64,000 nucleotides of DNA. It comes from Aulosira sp. ZfuVER01. GTDB lineage: Bacteria > Cyanobacteriota > Cyanobacteriia > Cyanobacteriales > Nostocaceae. Of the stretch, positions 23,529-33,570 are shown in pieces (the first letter of the stretch is position 1; every line of letters begins with the position of its first letter). A program made the position numbers and the translations under genes. The notes under the pieces are model-generated. The model had not been told where the DNA came from and made no database searches. It saw only the letters and a program-made list of their open reading frames with translations. Location: the NCBI GenBank assembly GCA_034530615.2, contig JAVRCV020000068.1:64001-128000 (forward strand), written 5' to 3'.

Positions 23529-24140
23529 TTATTTAAACCTGATTTGATTTGCTTGTAGGTAAACGATTTGGTTTTTTAATCCTTGAGCTTCAGTAGCTGT
23601 TAAACCCTTCCATTGCTGCTGTGCTTGTTTTACACTAGGCACTGGTTTGAGTACGCCTGCTAGATCTAGAGTCTGTCCTTTTTTGACAACAATTTTGTTT
23701 TCAGCAGTTCCTGCATCTAAATTGGGAGCTAAAACCACGAATACTCGTTGAGTATTACTTGAACCAACCCAAAAAGTGCGATCGCCTACTACACTTTGAA
23801 CGTTCACATTTGTAAACTGCACTGGTCTATTTACCAGTGTCTGTTTGTTAGCATTGGTAATTAATAATACGTCCGTTATTGGTTCAGTCTGAACAATAGT
23901 TGTCACTTGTGGGCTTGGGGTGACAACAACGGTAGTTGTTGGCTGTGGCGTAGCAGTAACGGTAACTGTTGCTTGTGGTGTAGGAACGACAACAACATCA
24001 GGTTGCTTCGGCTCGGGAACACAAGCAGTAATTACACTACTAAATAGTGTTAAAATCGTTACTTTACCAAGCCAAGACTTTGTACTAATAAGATTACTAT
24101 AGCTTTGTATGATGTTTAAAGCGTACTTATGACTATGCAT
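23529..24140 (-). CDS. putative lipoprotein
   Basis: Lipobox-like ITAC, Thr/Pro/Val-rich linker. Confidence 0.7.
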   Translation of the reverse strand: MHSHKYALNIIQSYSNLISTKSWLGKVTILTLFSSVITACVPEPKQPDVVVVPTPQATVTVTATPQPTTTVVVTPSPQVTTIVQTEPITDVLLITNANKQTLVNRPVQFTNVNVQSVVGDRTFWVGSSNTQRVFVVLAPNLDAGTAENKIVVKKGQTLDLAGVLKPVPSVKQAQQQWKGLTATEAQGLKNQIVYLQANQIRFK

Positions 24141-24364
24141 TTTACTATTAAGATACTTAATACTAAGTTGATTTAACTATTAAGGCTTTTAGCATTTGAG
24201 ACTTATAAAAATCCTAAGCCTAGATGCTCCAGGCGCAGAATAAAAGCTGGTATTACCTTAATATGCTTACTTTAAATAATAAGAAGATAATTTCGCTTCT
24301 ATCTAACGGAATAATATCAAAGCAGAGACTATTCCAGTATTTTTGTGTAGTGCGATCGCGCTGC

Positions 24365-26371
24365 TCAGTTATGATGAAAATGTTTTTGTAACATTACCAG
24401 CCAGGCTTGAATAGCAGATTTTAATCTTGCTCTTTCAGTTTCTTTAATACCTTGAGGATCGAAGCGATCGCGGTAATGCAGTTCAACTAGCGATGTCAAA
24501 TCAGCAATTAAATCTGAGCTAGGTAATTCTTCTTCCAGTCTCTTGATCCAGTTTTTTAAAGACTCTGAAGGATGACGGCTTAAACCTAACTCTTGTAACC
24601 TTTTTTCAATTAAATAAAATTCATAATCTCTTTTATTTACATCAGATTTTGCAACTTGTTTAGTTAATATTTGTTTCGTAGATAAACGGCGAACTTGATT
24701 CTTAGAATTAAACTTCCACAACCGCAGAAATATTAATGGCAAAATCAGCCACCATCCATATTTAAATAGATTGCTAACTAAACTAGAACGTAACCAGCCT
24801 GAGAGTTTGAAACTAAAAAACGACCATAAATCAGAGATAAATGCTAATTTAGAAGCATTTGCATTCTCAATACTTGTCCAATCAGCAGGTGTGGTGTCAA
24901 AAGCTTGCCATCTACCATTTATATATGCCAATGTCCAAGCATGAGCATGGCGGCTACGAACTATGTATTGGTTCTCTAATTGGCTAAATTCGTGAACCGA
25001 ATACCCTACAGCATAACGCGCTGGTATACCCGCCGCCCGTAAAAGCAGTGTGGTTGCAGTGGCAAAATATTCACAGTGTCCAGCGCGAGTTTTCAATAAA
25101 AATGTTGATAAAGGTGTTGACTGATTGTTTTTACCTGTAAGTTTCAAAGAATAACGAAAATTTTTAATCAAAAAGCTATCCACACGTTCTAAAATTGCTT
25201 GGGGCGATTTTCCTGTAATATCTAGTTGCCTAATAATTTGGTTTACTGCTTCTCTTTCTGATTTGGCTATTTGCAGATCGTCTTCTGTTGGTGGGCTATC
25301 CAAAGAAAGACTTTTATTAAATAAGATTCGGTAAGCGATCGCATCAGTTTTTCCCTCTACTTTCACCGTACCATATTTATTTTTCTCCATTTGGCTGACT
25401 GGTAATTCTTCAATTTCAAATGTTCCGTCAGCTAGCCTTAACAAGCCTTTACCTTGATTAAGGGTTGCAGAAATCGTAAGTTTTGAGCTATTGCCTGAGT
25501 TATTGCCTAAACGCCAACTCTTACCATTAATCTCAGGTTGTACAGGAGTAAAAGTAGAATTTGATGCCACCCAAAAAGCAGATTTATATTTATCATAAGT
25601 TGCTTCTTTTAGCAGCCCGGGAGCAACTTTTTGACTATCAGCAGCAACTCGAAAAATAATCTCATTTGACTGTTTTAATGTTCCAATCTCACCGATACTA
25701 GTTTGCTTTGTTGTTGAGTCTGTTAGTTGTCCAATACTGTTATTATTGCTTAACCATGCAACAACCGTATCTTCTAACTTCTGTTGTAGATGATATACAC
25801 CTATTTGTCCTATAAATCCCATAATTCCAGCAAGCAGAATGAGACTCAGCCAAATACCAGGTGAAAATCGTTGCGATCGGATATACCAAAAGGCAATACT
25901 TGTCAGTAAAAACATCCCGATATAAAAAGATATATCCCTAGTATTAGCGACTCCAGCAGATAAAATACAGAGAGCAAAATAGGGATAACCTAAACTAATA
26001 ATGTAGCTGTTTGATTCTGCTTTAATGAGATTTTTTAATGATACAAAAAGTGTGCGAATATCAATACTTTCATTTACAGAGTATGTTTGAGCAGCCAGCA
26101 GGGGAAAAAATACTAATGGAAACCACTGCAACAGAGTATAAACTAAGTAAATTGAGCGTTGAGTAGTTAAAAGAGAAACAAATACAATAATCAGAATCAT
26201 CAAACACAGATTAGCAATGCGTCGGAAATCATCAGGGGAGAAATCCCAACGCGAGTTAATCAAGCGATATCCTGATAAAATCGCAGCCATTGGTATGGCA
26301 AAAATCCACATTCCTGTCTGCCAACCCCAAAAGATTAAAGCAGCACTCAGGAGAAGCACTGGCGCTTTCAT
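24365..26371 (-). CDS. membrane transglutaminase-like protein
   Basis: GHCEYFA, HAHAW, FDTTP catalytic triad motifs; multiple TM segments. Confidence 0.9.
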   Translation of the reverse strand: MKAPVLLLSAALIFWGWQTGMWIFAIPMAAILSGYRLINSRWDFSPDDFRRIANLCLMILIIVFVSLLTTQRSIYLVYTLLQWFPLVFFPLLAAQTYSVNESIDIRTLFVSLKNLIKAESNSYIISLGYPYFALCILSAGVANTRDISFYIGMFLLTSIAFWYIRSQRFSPGIWLSLILLAGIMGFIGQIGVYHLQQKLEDTVVAWLSNNNSIGQLTDSTTKQTSIGEIGTLKQSNEIIFRVAADSQKVAPGLLKEATYDKYKSAFWVASNSTFTPVQPEINGKSWRLGNNSGNSSKLTISATLNQGKGLLRLADGTFEIEELPVSQMEKNKYGTVKVEGKTDAIAYRILFNKSLSLDSPPTEDDLQIAKSEREAVNQIIRQLDITGKSPQAILERVDSFLIKNFRYSLKLTGKNNQSTPLSTFLLKTRAGHCEYFATATTLLLRAAGIPARYAVGYSVHEFSQLENQYIVRSRHAHAWTLAYINGRWQAFDTTPADWTSIENANASKLAFISDLWSFFSFKLSGWLRSSLVSNLFKYGWWLILPLIFLRLWKFNSKNQVRRLSTKQILTKQVAKSDVNKRDYEFYLIEKRLQELGLSRHPSESLKNWIKRLEEELPSSDLIADLTSLVELHYRDRFDPQGIKETERARLKSAIQAWLVMLQKHFHHN

Positions 26372-27717
26372 ATATGCATTAGTTCCTCTTGTATTTTTCC
26401 CAACTTCAAAAAGTGTAATTTTGTTATTTGATCGTTCATATAATCTGAATCAAACTTATCTAATTTACCTTCCTTATCTGTAACGATCAAAACTAAAGTA
26501 TGGATACCCATACTCTTGAGATAATTAACTAATCTTTTCCTATCTTCGTCCCAACAAAGAAATATACATATACAGCCACTCAACAAAGATAGTTTCTCCA
26601 GCACTACTGGAATAATAGAATCAAAAGATTTATCTCGACAGGCAACAACAGATGCGAGAATTTCTAGCATTTTGTCAGTATGGCTCAGTCCTCTGCCAAA
26701 GGTAAAACAATAAGCTTCATTACCAACAAACATCAAATCTAATAATGATTCTTGGGTTTGAACTTCACAAGCTAATGAAGCCGCAATTGATATTGCTTCT
26801 TCTAAAATTTCGCTATAATTCACGCTTTGAAATGTATCTAAAATCAATGCGTGTCGAACAAAAAACTCATCTTGTTCTTCTTTGACAATTGGCTTTCCAA
26901 CTTTTGCCCAGCTTTTCCAGTGAATTTTTCGCAGCGAATCTCCCAGACGATAATCGCGTAAAGACCTAAATTCCTCTGAATCACCTACAGAAGAGGCTAA
27001 CGCCACACCACCAGATTGATGTTTCTTGACACCTGGAAGTTGAACTGGTGGCAGTTGATATAACTTAGGTAAAATCAATAAAGATTGGGGTAAAGAAATA
27101 CTTTTACACGCTTTAAAAAGTCCAAAAGGATCGGGTCTAGCTACTGTCATACCCGTAATCCGAATAATACCTCTTTGAGTAGGTATGATTTCACCAATAA
27201 CTTCAGTTTTGCTATTTGGTACAAGGGGAGGTAAATCTATTGGTAAAGCGTTACCACATTGTTTGCGAGAAATTAACCACAGCCAACGATTGTATCCCAA
27301 AGAGCGAACAAATGAATTATGCCGAACTTTTCTATTTTCAAATGTTTCTATGAAATCCTTAAAACTTGGGCGAGGGTCAGCAAAATTTTCAAATATTTTT
27401 AGTCCTTTTTGGATTTTGTCGCTTTTGTTATGAATTACAATTTTGTACTTCAGTTTTACACCCACAGTTGCGAATTGGGGTAGATTGCGATTAGCACTAA
27501 AATGATAGCGAAACAGCAAGCTTGAAACTACAGATATGATGAGAATAGATAGCAGAAAAGTGACTATCTGATAGTTCATGCTTTCATTACTAGAACCAGT
27601 TAAAGCGGCTGCGATCGCTATTACTGAAACAACCACGCCACTAACAGTAACTCGTCTGCTTAGTTTGCGGTGAATACCATAACTGAAATAGAAAAGACGA
27701 TAGATAAAAAGTTTCAT
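26368..27717 (-). CDS. DUF58 protein
   Basis: EFRSLRDYRLGDSLRKIHWK motif; in MoxR operon. Confidence 0.9.
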   Translation of the reverse strand: MKLFIYRLFYFSYGIHRKLSRRVTVSGVVVSVIAIAAALTGSSNESMNYQIVTFLLSILIISVVSSLLFRYHFSANRNLPQFATVGVKLKYKIVIHNKSDKIQKGLKIFENFADPRPSFKDFIETFENRKVRHNSFVRSLGYNRWLWLISRKQCGNALPIDLPPLVPNSKTEVIGEIIPTQRGIIRITGMTVARPDPFGLFKACKSISLPQSLLILPKLYQLPPVQLPGVKKHQSGGVALASSVGDSEEFRSLRDYRLGDSLRKIHWKSWAKVGKPIVKEEQDEFFVRHALILDTFQSVNYSEILEEAISIAASLACEVQTQESLLDLMFVGNEAYCFTFGRGLSHTDKMLEILASVVACRDKSFDSIIPVVLEKLSLLSGCICIFLCWDEDRKRLVNYLKSMGIHTLVLIVTDKEGKLDKFDSDYMNDQITKLHFLKLGKIQEELMHI

Positions 27718-27732
27718 CTTTCACGTTTGCTA

Positions 27733-28695
27733 TCAAACTGGAACAGGAACAGATTTGAGGATATCTTCAACAACACTGGTGGCGGTTCTACCAGAGAAAC
27801 GCGCTTGCGGTTCCATAACAAGGCGATGAGCAATTACAGATACCGCAAGTTCTTGGATATGTTCTGGCGTGACAAATTCATAGCCATCAAACAAGGCTAA
27901 TGCTTGAGCAATCTTCATTAAAGCAATAGATGCTCTGGGGCTAGCTCCTAATTGCACGCCTTGGGCAGAACGAGTAGCATTGACAATATCTACAAGGTAG
28001 GTTTTCAATTCCTGAGAAATACGAATTTGTCTGACCTGCCGTTTTAAAGTAATGATGTCCTGCAAGTCAATGCAAGGTTGAATTATATCAATAGGGTGCT
28101 GTTGGATTTGGTCTGAAAGCAGGTTAACCTCGTCTTCCGGCGATATGTATCCCAAACTAAACTGAAGTGCAAAGCGATCCATTTGGGCTTCTGGAAGAGG
28201 ATAAGTACCACGGGATTCCACTGGGTTCTGAGTGGCGATGACAAAAAACGGGTCTTTTAGTTTTCGCAAATTCCCATCAATGCTGATTTGAAACTCTGCC
28301 ATAGCTTCTAGTAGTGCAGATTGAGTACGCGGTGAAGCCCGGTTAATCTCGTCAGCCAAAACAATATGCGCGAAAATCGGGCCTTCGTGGAAATGAAAGG
28401 TACGTTCGTTTGGGTCAAGCATCGAAATACCCAAGATATCCGAAGGCAAAAGATCTGGTGTAAATTGAATGCGCTTGAAACTTACATCTACAGAGTATGC
28501 TAGGGCTTTCGCTAAGGTGGTTTTGCCAGTTCCGGGATAATCTTCTAGGAGTACGTGTCCCCCACTAGCAAAGGCTGACAGCAATTTTCTGATTGCTGCT
28601 GATTGCCCTTTTATAACCTTTTGAATGTTGTTAAAAATTCTTTGATAAATTTCTTTGCTGGGCAAATCATGAGGCTTCGGGTAAGAATTCTCCAT
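27733..28695 (-). CDS. MoxR-family AAA+ ATPase
   Basis: PGTGKT, RIQFTPDLLPSD, DEINRA, ATQNP, YPLPEAQMDRF. Confidence 0.95.
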   Translation of the reverse strand: MENSYPKPHDLPSKEIYQRIFNNIQKVIKGQSAAIRKLLSAFASGGHVLLEDYPGTGKTTLAKALAYSVDVSFKRIQFTPDLLPSDILGISMLDPNERTFHFHEGPIFAHIVLADEINRASPRTQSALLEAMAEFQISIDGNLRKLKDPFFVIATQNPVESRGTYPLPEAQMDRFALQFSLGYISPEDEVNLLSDQIQQHPIDIIQPCIDLQDIITLKRQVRQIRISQELKTYLVDIVNATRSAQGVQLGASPRASIALMKIAQALALFDGYEFVTPEHIQELAVSVIAHRLVMEPQARFSGRTATSVVEDILKSVPVPV

Positions 28696-28849
28696 TTTCC
28701 TTCATCACACAGAATGTCATGAAGTTAATGTACCCATTTGCCCCATATAACTTTGTATTCTTCTCTGCATCATTGCAAAATGCCAGAGTCTGCGCTGAAT
28801 TAGGTGAAAAAGAGCGATCGCAACCCACACAGCGATCGCTTCCCGAATA

Positions 28850-29545
28850 TCATTGCCTAGCAAAAGCTAAGTCAGATTCAATGAACTTTGCACCTGTTAG
28901 GTTAGCCCCAGTTAAATTACAGAAGTGAAACTTTGCTCCTCTTAGATCTGCTAGCGCTAAATTTGCTCCTGTTAAATCTGCATTAGTAAGGTTAGCCTCA
29001 CTTAAATTCGCCCTAGTTAGATTCGCCCCCCTCAGATTTGCTTGTTGCAAGTTTGCTTGAGTTAGGTTTACCCTGACTATCTGCGATCCTCTCAAGTTGG
29101 CTTCACTTAAATTTGCTTGGCTGAGGTCTGCTGCTGTTAAATCAGCTTGACTGAGGTCGGCTTGATTTAGTACAGCCCAACTTAACTGTGCATGGCTCAA
29201 ATTAATCTTATTCAGCTTCAATGATGTCAGCACTGCACATCTCAAGTTGGCATTAATAAAATTCCTTTCTCCAATTGCGTAACGTCGCAATAATTCATCA
29301 GTGGTTAATCTGGCTAAAACAGCTTTTGTAGCGCCTTGATAACACCATGTAGCTTCTGTTAATTTGGCAGCAGTATTAACAGCAACCTCATCACATTGGT
29401 CTAATATCACTCCATTACAACCATCCCATTGACCATTGAGCATTAGCGCAATTTCATTAGCAGCAACTATTGAATTAAATAGTAAAACAGATTGTTTTTT
29501 GGAATTTAAGGAGCTAATCAAGCTAATTAATATATTATTTTTCAT
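28850..29545 (-). CDS. pentapeptide repeat protein
   Basis: A(N/D)Lxx repeats. Confidence 0.9.
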   Translation of the reverse strand: MKNNILISLISSLNSKKQSVLLFNSIVAANEIALMLNGQWDGCNGVILDQCDEVAVNTAAKLTEATWCYQGATKAVLARLTTDELLRRYAIGERNFINANLRCAVLTSLKLNKINLSHAQLSWAVLNQADLSQADLTAADLSQANLSEANLRGSQIVRVNLTQANLQQANLRGANLTRANLSEANLTNADLTGANLALADLRGAKFHFCNLTGANLTGAKFIESDLAFARQ

Positions 29546-29693
29546 TTAGCTTTGGATACTAATTTGGACAATAAATACTGACACCGACCTGATAGACAAA
29601 TTGGTGCCATAGTACTATTGTATGCATTTAATTATAGAGAATTAAACTGGAGCAAAATTCACTTGTAAATTACCAAATTTTATAAGCGAATCT

Positions 29694-30083
29694 TCAGTCC
29701 AAACTTATTCTCCAGAAACCTTCAAGCGGATTAGACTGTTGCAATTGGCTGCTACTACCAACCCCATCATTGTCATACACCAACCCAACACTGAAATTTC
29801 TATTTATCGGAAATTGTCCTAGTTTACCAAAACCTACAATATTTTTGGAATCAGCGATCGCTTGCTGATTCAACTGTATAGTTGTTTGGTTGCCATCAGC
29901 AAAATAGATTGTTGCTCGTCTGTTGTGAAAGCTTACTTGAACGTTATAGATCCCACCAGTTCCATAATAATAAGCTTTTGCAGGTAGTTTTTGACCATCA
30001 ATATTCTGCCCGTTGATCTCAACTGCGATCGCAGGCGTACTCAACAGCAACAAAGTAGGTAGAATTAACTCCAATAGTTTCAT
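29694..30083 (-). CDS. exported hypothetical protein
   Basis: Signal peptide with AIA cleavage site. Confidence 0.7.
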   Translation of the reverse strand: MKLLELILPTLLLLSTPAIAVEINGQNIDGQKLPAKAYYYGTGGIYNVQVSFHNRRATIYFADGNQTTIQLNQQAIADSKNIVGFGKLGQFPINRNFSVGLVYDNDGVGSSSQLQQSNPLEGFWRISLD

Positions 30084-30297
30084 AGGTGTACTAAAAAGCC
30101 CATTTTATCAACCTACTTTTAACTTTAAAACATAAATTTAATCTCTGGGGCTAATAAGCGATCGCCGCCCGAAAAAAAATTCATCATGTTTGAATGGCAA
30201 GCCGCGCTTTGCGATCGCTTATTATACTCATTTAAAAAATGTTTGCGATATATAAATTGTTTTCAAGGAACAATGTTCTCTAGTCATCTAATGGGTA

Positions 30298-31389
30298 TTA
30301 CTGGCATTCTTCTGGTGATGGTGTTTTTGGCAAAGATACAGTGGTGTTTTGTAAATTCTCTCGCAATAGCACTTTCAGTCGTTGATTATCTTCAGCAGCG
30401 ATCGTTTCACCGTAGTGATGTTGCTGAAATAATTGGCAATAACGGTTTTGTTTAGCACAAATTAAACAACCGTAGGCATTATTACCATTTGCACCGCATA
30501 GCCGATGTCCCATCACCGGGCCCAAGGAAATATTTTGCTCACTTGCAACTGTATTCAGGATGGAACGTAGCCGTGCTTCAAACTCCATTGATAAAAACAG
30601 CTTACTTCCTGGTTTTGTACGATCCCATTGCGGCACAATTAATCCCTGTTTTAACAAACTCTCTTCAATTTCAGCTGACATAACAATGTTAGAGAGAATT
30701 ACATGGTGGGTAACATTAGGCAAAAGTTTCCTTGCCAATTGCCACATTAAAGTCTCATCAAACCACTGTTCAACTAGAGGACGAAGATACCAACAACAGG
30801 GAATGCCAAGGTTGACTAAATCTTGTAGCAGTTGTACTCGTCCCTGAATAGAGGCTTGCTCATATCCTGGTTTTAATGGTGGTAGACTAACAAAAACTGT
30901 GACTCGTAGGGAATTCGGTTGAGCTAAAGTAGCTTTGAGGCGCTCTAGAAATGATTTACCAGGGTGGACTTTGGTTGTAATGTAGACCATATTCGCTGCT
31001 TGACGGTCAATCAGTGCATTCAAAATTGACAGTACACGTTCTCGATGCGCTGGGATAAAGGGATCGGAGTAGTCGCATAGAGAAATTGGAAAGCCATTTT
31101 GTCCCTCTGGAGTAGCAAAAATGCAGTCTAACAACCGATCGAGCAAGTCAGATGGAGCTAAAGTATTCTCAAAATTTTCTGGATGATGATGCCAGTCACG
31201 GTCTTGATGGCAGACACAATAAGCACATTCAACTGGACAACGGTTCAGGGTATTGGGTAGAAATGGATTCAGACTGAAGTATTTAACTGCACGTTCTCGA
31301 TCGGGAATTCCCAGTACAGGAAAGCCATGTAGCATATACTGACTCCCCTGTAATGAAACTTCAGACAGAGTAGATTGATAATTTGCCAT
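30298..31389 (-). CDS. radical SAM superfamily protein
   Basis: CPVECAYC (CxxxCxxC), SDPF, ITTK; additional C-terminal Cys cluster. Confidence 0.75.
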   Translation of the reverse strand: MANYQSTLSEVSLQGSQYMLHGFPVLGIPDRERAVKYFSLNPFLPNTLNRCPVECAYCVCHQDRDWHHHPENFENTLAPSDLLDRLLDCIFATPEGQNGFPISLCDYSDPFIPAHRERVLSILNALIDRQAANMVYITTKVHPGKSFLERLKATLAQPNSLRVTVFVSLPPLKPGYEQASIQGRVQLLQDLVNLGIPCCWYLRPLVEQWFDETLMWQLARKLLPNVTHHVILSNIVMSAEIEESLLKQGLIVPQWDRTKPGSKLFLSMEFEARLRSILNTVASEQNISLGPVMGHRLCGANGNNAYGCLICAKQNRYCQLFQQHHYGETIAAEDNQRLKVLLRENLQNTTVSLPKTPSPEECQ

Positions 31390-31608
31390 AACCCTTTAAC
31401 CATTAATCCATCTACGAAAAATCGCTTACATTAGGGTGGCTGGTGTAAATCTGGAGTGGCAATGATAGAAATACTTGAAAATCATCATTAACTATTGCTT
31501 AAGAAATCAAAAATACTGAGGTATTATTGCTTATCCTCCAACGTAAATTCAAGTTCCAGGCTGGTAAAAATACAGCTGCCGAAAATTCAACTGTCAGGCG
31601 ATCGCAAC

Positions 31609-32247
31609 TTACAAATATAAGGATTGAACAGCCAGATCCTTTAAGGTAATGGTAAAGTTACGCTGCTCTTGTGTAGCAATGAATGCGATAGTTGCCTCAC
31701 ACGCCACAGCAACAGTTAACATCACCAAATTTCGCGCTAGAGGATAATCACAGACATCATCATTGACATCAGAAGGAACGCGATAAACATCATTCCAAAT
31801 TACTTCTGCATAATCGGCTGCTAGTCCAACATGAAGGCAGGGAATTTTTGAACGATCGGCATAATCTTTCACTGCTTGACGTGACAAGCTGTTGTCAAAA
31901 ACATCAATAATTAACTGGCTATCTTGAAGTAGTTGATCTGCATTTGCTGATGTCAACTCCTTTGTTTTGGCATCAACTTTAGTACCAATTGCTCGGTATA
32001 AATTATTTGCTAGGATTTTCGCCTTAATTGCTCCAACATCGGAACGGTAGTAAGGCTGGGTAGAAAGGTTACGTTCCTCAATGCGATCGCGATCGATTAC
32101 CGTAAGTTTATCAAAACCAGACCGAGCCAAGTTTTCTGCAATGTTAGCTCCTAACGCTCCAGCCCCACAAATGGTTATAGGATAATTCTTGAGCTTTGCC
32201 ATCACAGCATTGCTGCGGTAAAGCTGTTCGTGAAAAAAAATACTCAT
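31609..32247 (-). CDS. ThiF/MoeB/E1-like adenylyltransferase
   Basis: GAGALG, DRDRIEERNL, DVFDN; ATG 32247 lies 5 nt after the stop of the upstream gene. Confidence 0.9.
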   Translation of the reverse strand: MSIFFHEQLYRSNAVMAKLKNYPITICGAGALGANIAENLARSGFDKLTVIDRDRIEERNLSTQPYYRSDVGAIKAKILANNLYRAIGTKVDAKTKELTSANADQLLQDSQLIIDVFDNSLSRQAVKDYADRSKIPCLHVGLAADYAEVIWNDVYRVPSDVNDDVCDYPLARNLVMLTVAVACEATIAFIATQEQRNFTITLKDLAVQSLYL

Positions 32248-32252
32248 TGTCC

Positions 32253-33086
32253 TTACCACTCTTGTTGTTCCATCACAGCCACTAAAGATTGCAAATCAAA
32301 ATCGCGATCGCGTCCACTCAAGCAAATCCCAGAACTAATTACAGTCAAATCAGATTTAGCGATCGCACTAGTGTGGCGAACACCATCAGCCGTTCTCCAA
32401 TCCACTGTCCAGTAATCACCGCGATCGTGAAATTGGCGTAATTCACCGCCACCCATTCGCAATGCTTTTCTTAGCCGTTTTTCATCCTGTTGCGGTTGTG
32501 CAAATCCCTCAATCCGCTGAGTTGCTAATTCATACAATGTCCGGATTTCTGGAGTAATCCCTTTGAACTGTAATTCCTCAGCAGGAGTCAGTTGCTTAAC
32601 AGCAGATTGCAGAGTTTCCACAATTGCTGGATCGGTACGGCGATCGATTTCCTCAAACCAGCAGGATTGTCCATTCCAACGAGCGATAACTTGCTCAAAA
32701 ACAACACCCTCAGTTACTAGATGTACTGCGATCGGTTTGACTACCTTCAACCGTTGACGCATATCTACTTCATTCACAGGATATGCTAACCAAGTTTGTC
32801 CTCGCAGTTGGTGTGCTAATCTCAGCCGTATTTGGGGAAAGTGTTGCAAGTATTCTGCAATTTGGGGTAAGTCTGCTTCTTCCACAACTGTTGCTGTCTT
32901 CGTATCGACTGGCTGAAAGATACCCCAACCTTCAAATTGATTATGCTTTGGCGTAAAGGTGTAAACCATCCCAGCTACTCGTGTGCGAACTCGTCCACCT
33001 TTGACACAAGGGGCGATAAATTGAGTTGCACACAACTGTGCTTCTGCACTAGCAATTTGGTTGATTAGCTTACGGATGTCAGTCAT
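32253..33086 (-). CDS. hypothetical protein, C-terminal GICL motif (possibly E2-like)
   Basis: 277 aa ORF adjacent to ThiF. Confidence 0.8.
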   Translation of the reverse strand: MTDIRKLINQIASAEAQLCATQFIAPCVKGGRVRTRVAGMVYTFTPKHNQFEGWGIFQPVDTKTATVVEEADLPQIAEYLQHFPQIRLRLAHQLRGQTWLAYPVNEVDMRQRLKVVKPIAVHLVTEGVVFEQVIARWNGQSCWFEEIDRRTDPAIVETLQSAVKQLTPAEELQFKGITPEIRTLYELATQRIEGFAQPQQDEKRLRKALRMGGGELRQFHDRGDYWTVDWRTADGVRHTSAIAKSDLTVISSGICLSGRDRDFDLQSLVAVMEQQEW

Positions 33087-33158
33087 AGCTCACGCATAGA
33101 CGCAAAGAGGATGTTTATACGTCAATTCAGCAAAGTTAGAGAATTTATATAATTATTT

Positions 33159-33366
33159 CCCGCGTGCAAGTTGGTGGAGCATTGCGTGTTCTCAGTTACT
33201 AGGGGGACTCCGCTGGTGAGTTGTTACACACTCTTTCAAAGATGGCTACTTTTAAGCCCATTTTCCAGGTTCTTCGCACTCCCCGTTCACACACGCCCAC
33301 TGTATTTGACAGTGTTACTTTTCCTCTCGTACTAGTATGTAGGCTCCAAGAGTTAGGGCACGCAGG
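33159..33366 (-). ncRNA. scaffold RNA unit 1 with 23S sarcin-ricin loop and H42-44 (GTPase centre) mimic
   Basis: Scaffold ends GCGUGCCCUAAC and AACUUGCACGC; AGUACGAGAGGA at 33333-33322; GGCUUAAAAGUAGCCAUCUUUGAAAGAGUGUGUAACAACUCAC within 33268-33213. Confidence 0.85.
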
Positions 33367-33570
33367 ATATTTATATAATACAACATACTACAAAAAATAA
33401 ATACCAGAGATTAAAAGAGATATGTTGCAGTAGTGCGATCACTGCCGCTTCATATACCTACTTCATTTCGCTCATCAATATCAACTCCTTAAGTTGAGCG
33501 ATCATCCGAATTAGAAAACATAACTTTATTTATGCTACAACAAGTTACATATGTATTAATGAATTAGGTT

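Noticed and set aside
33200..33335. 23S-like segments as a decayed rRNA operon
   Set aside because: Segments are short, non-collinear or permuted, show compensatory changes and sit precisely inside the scaffold
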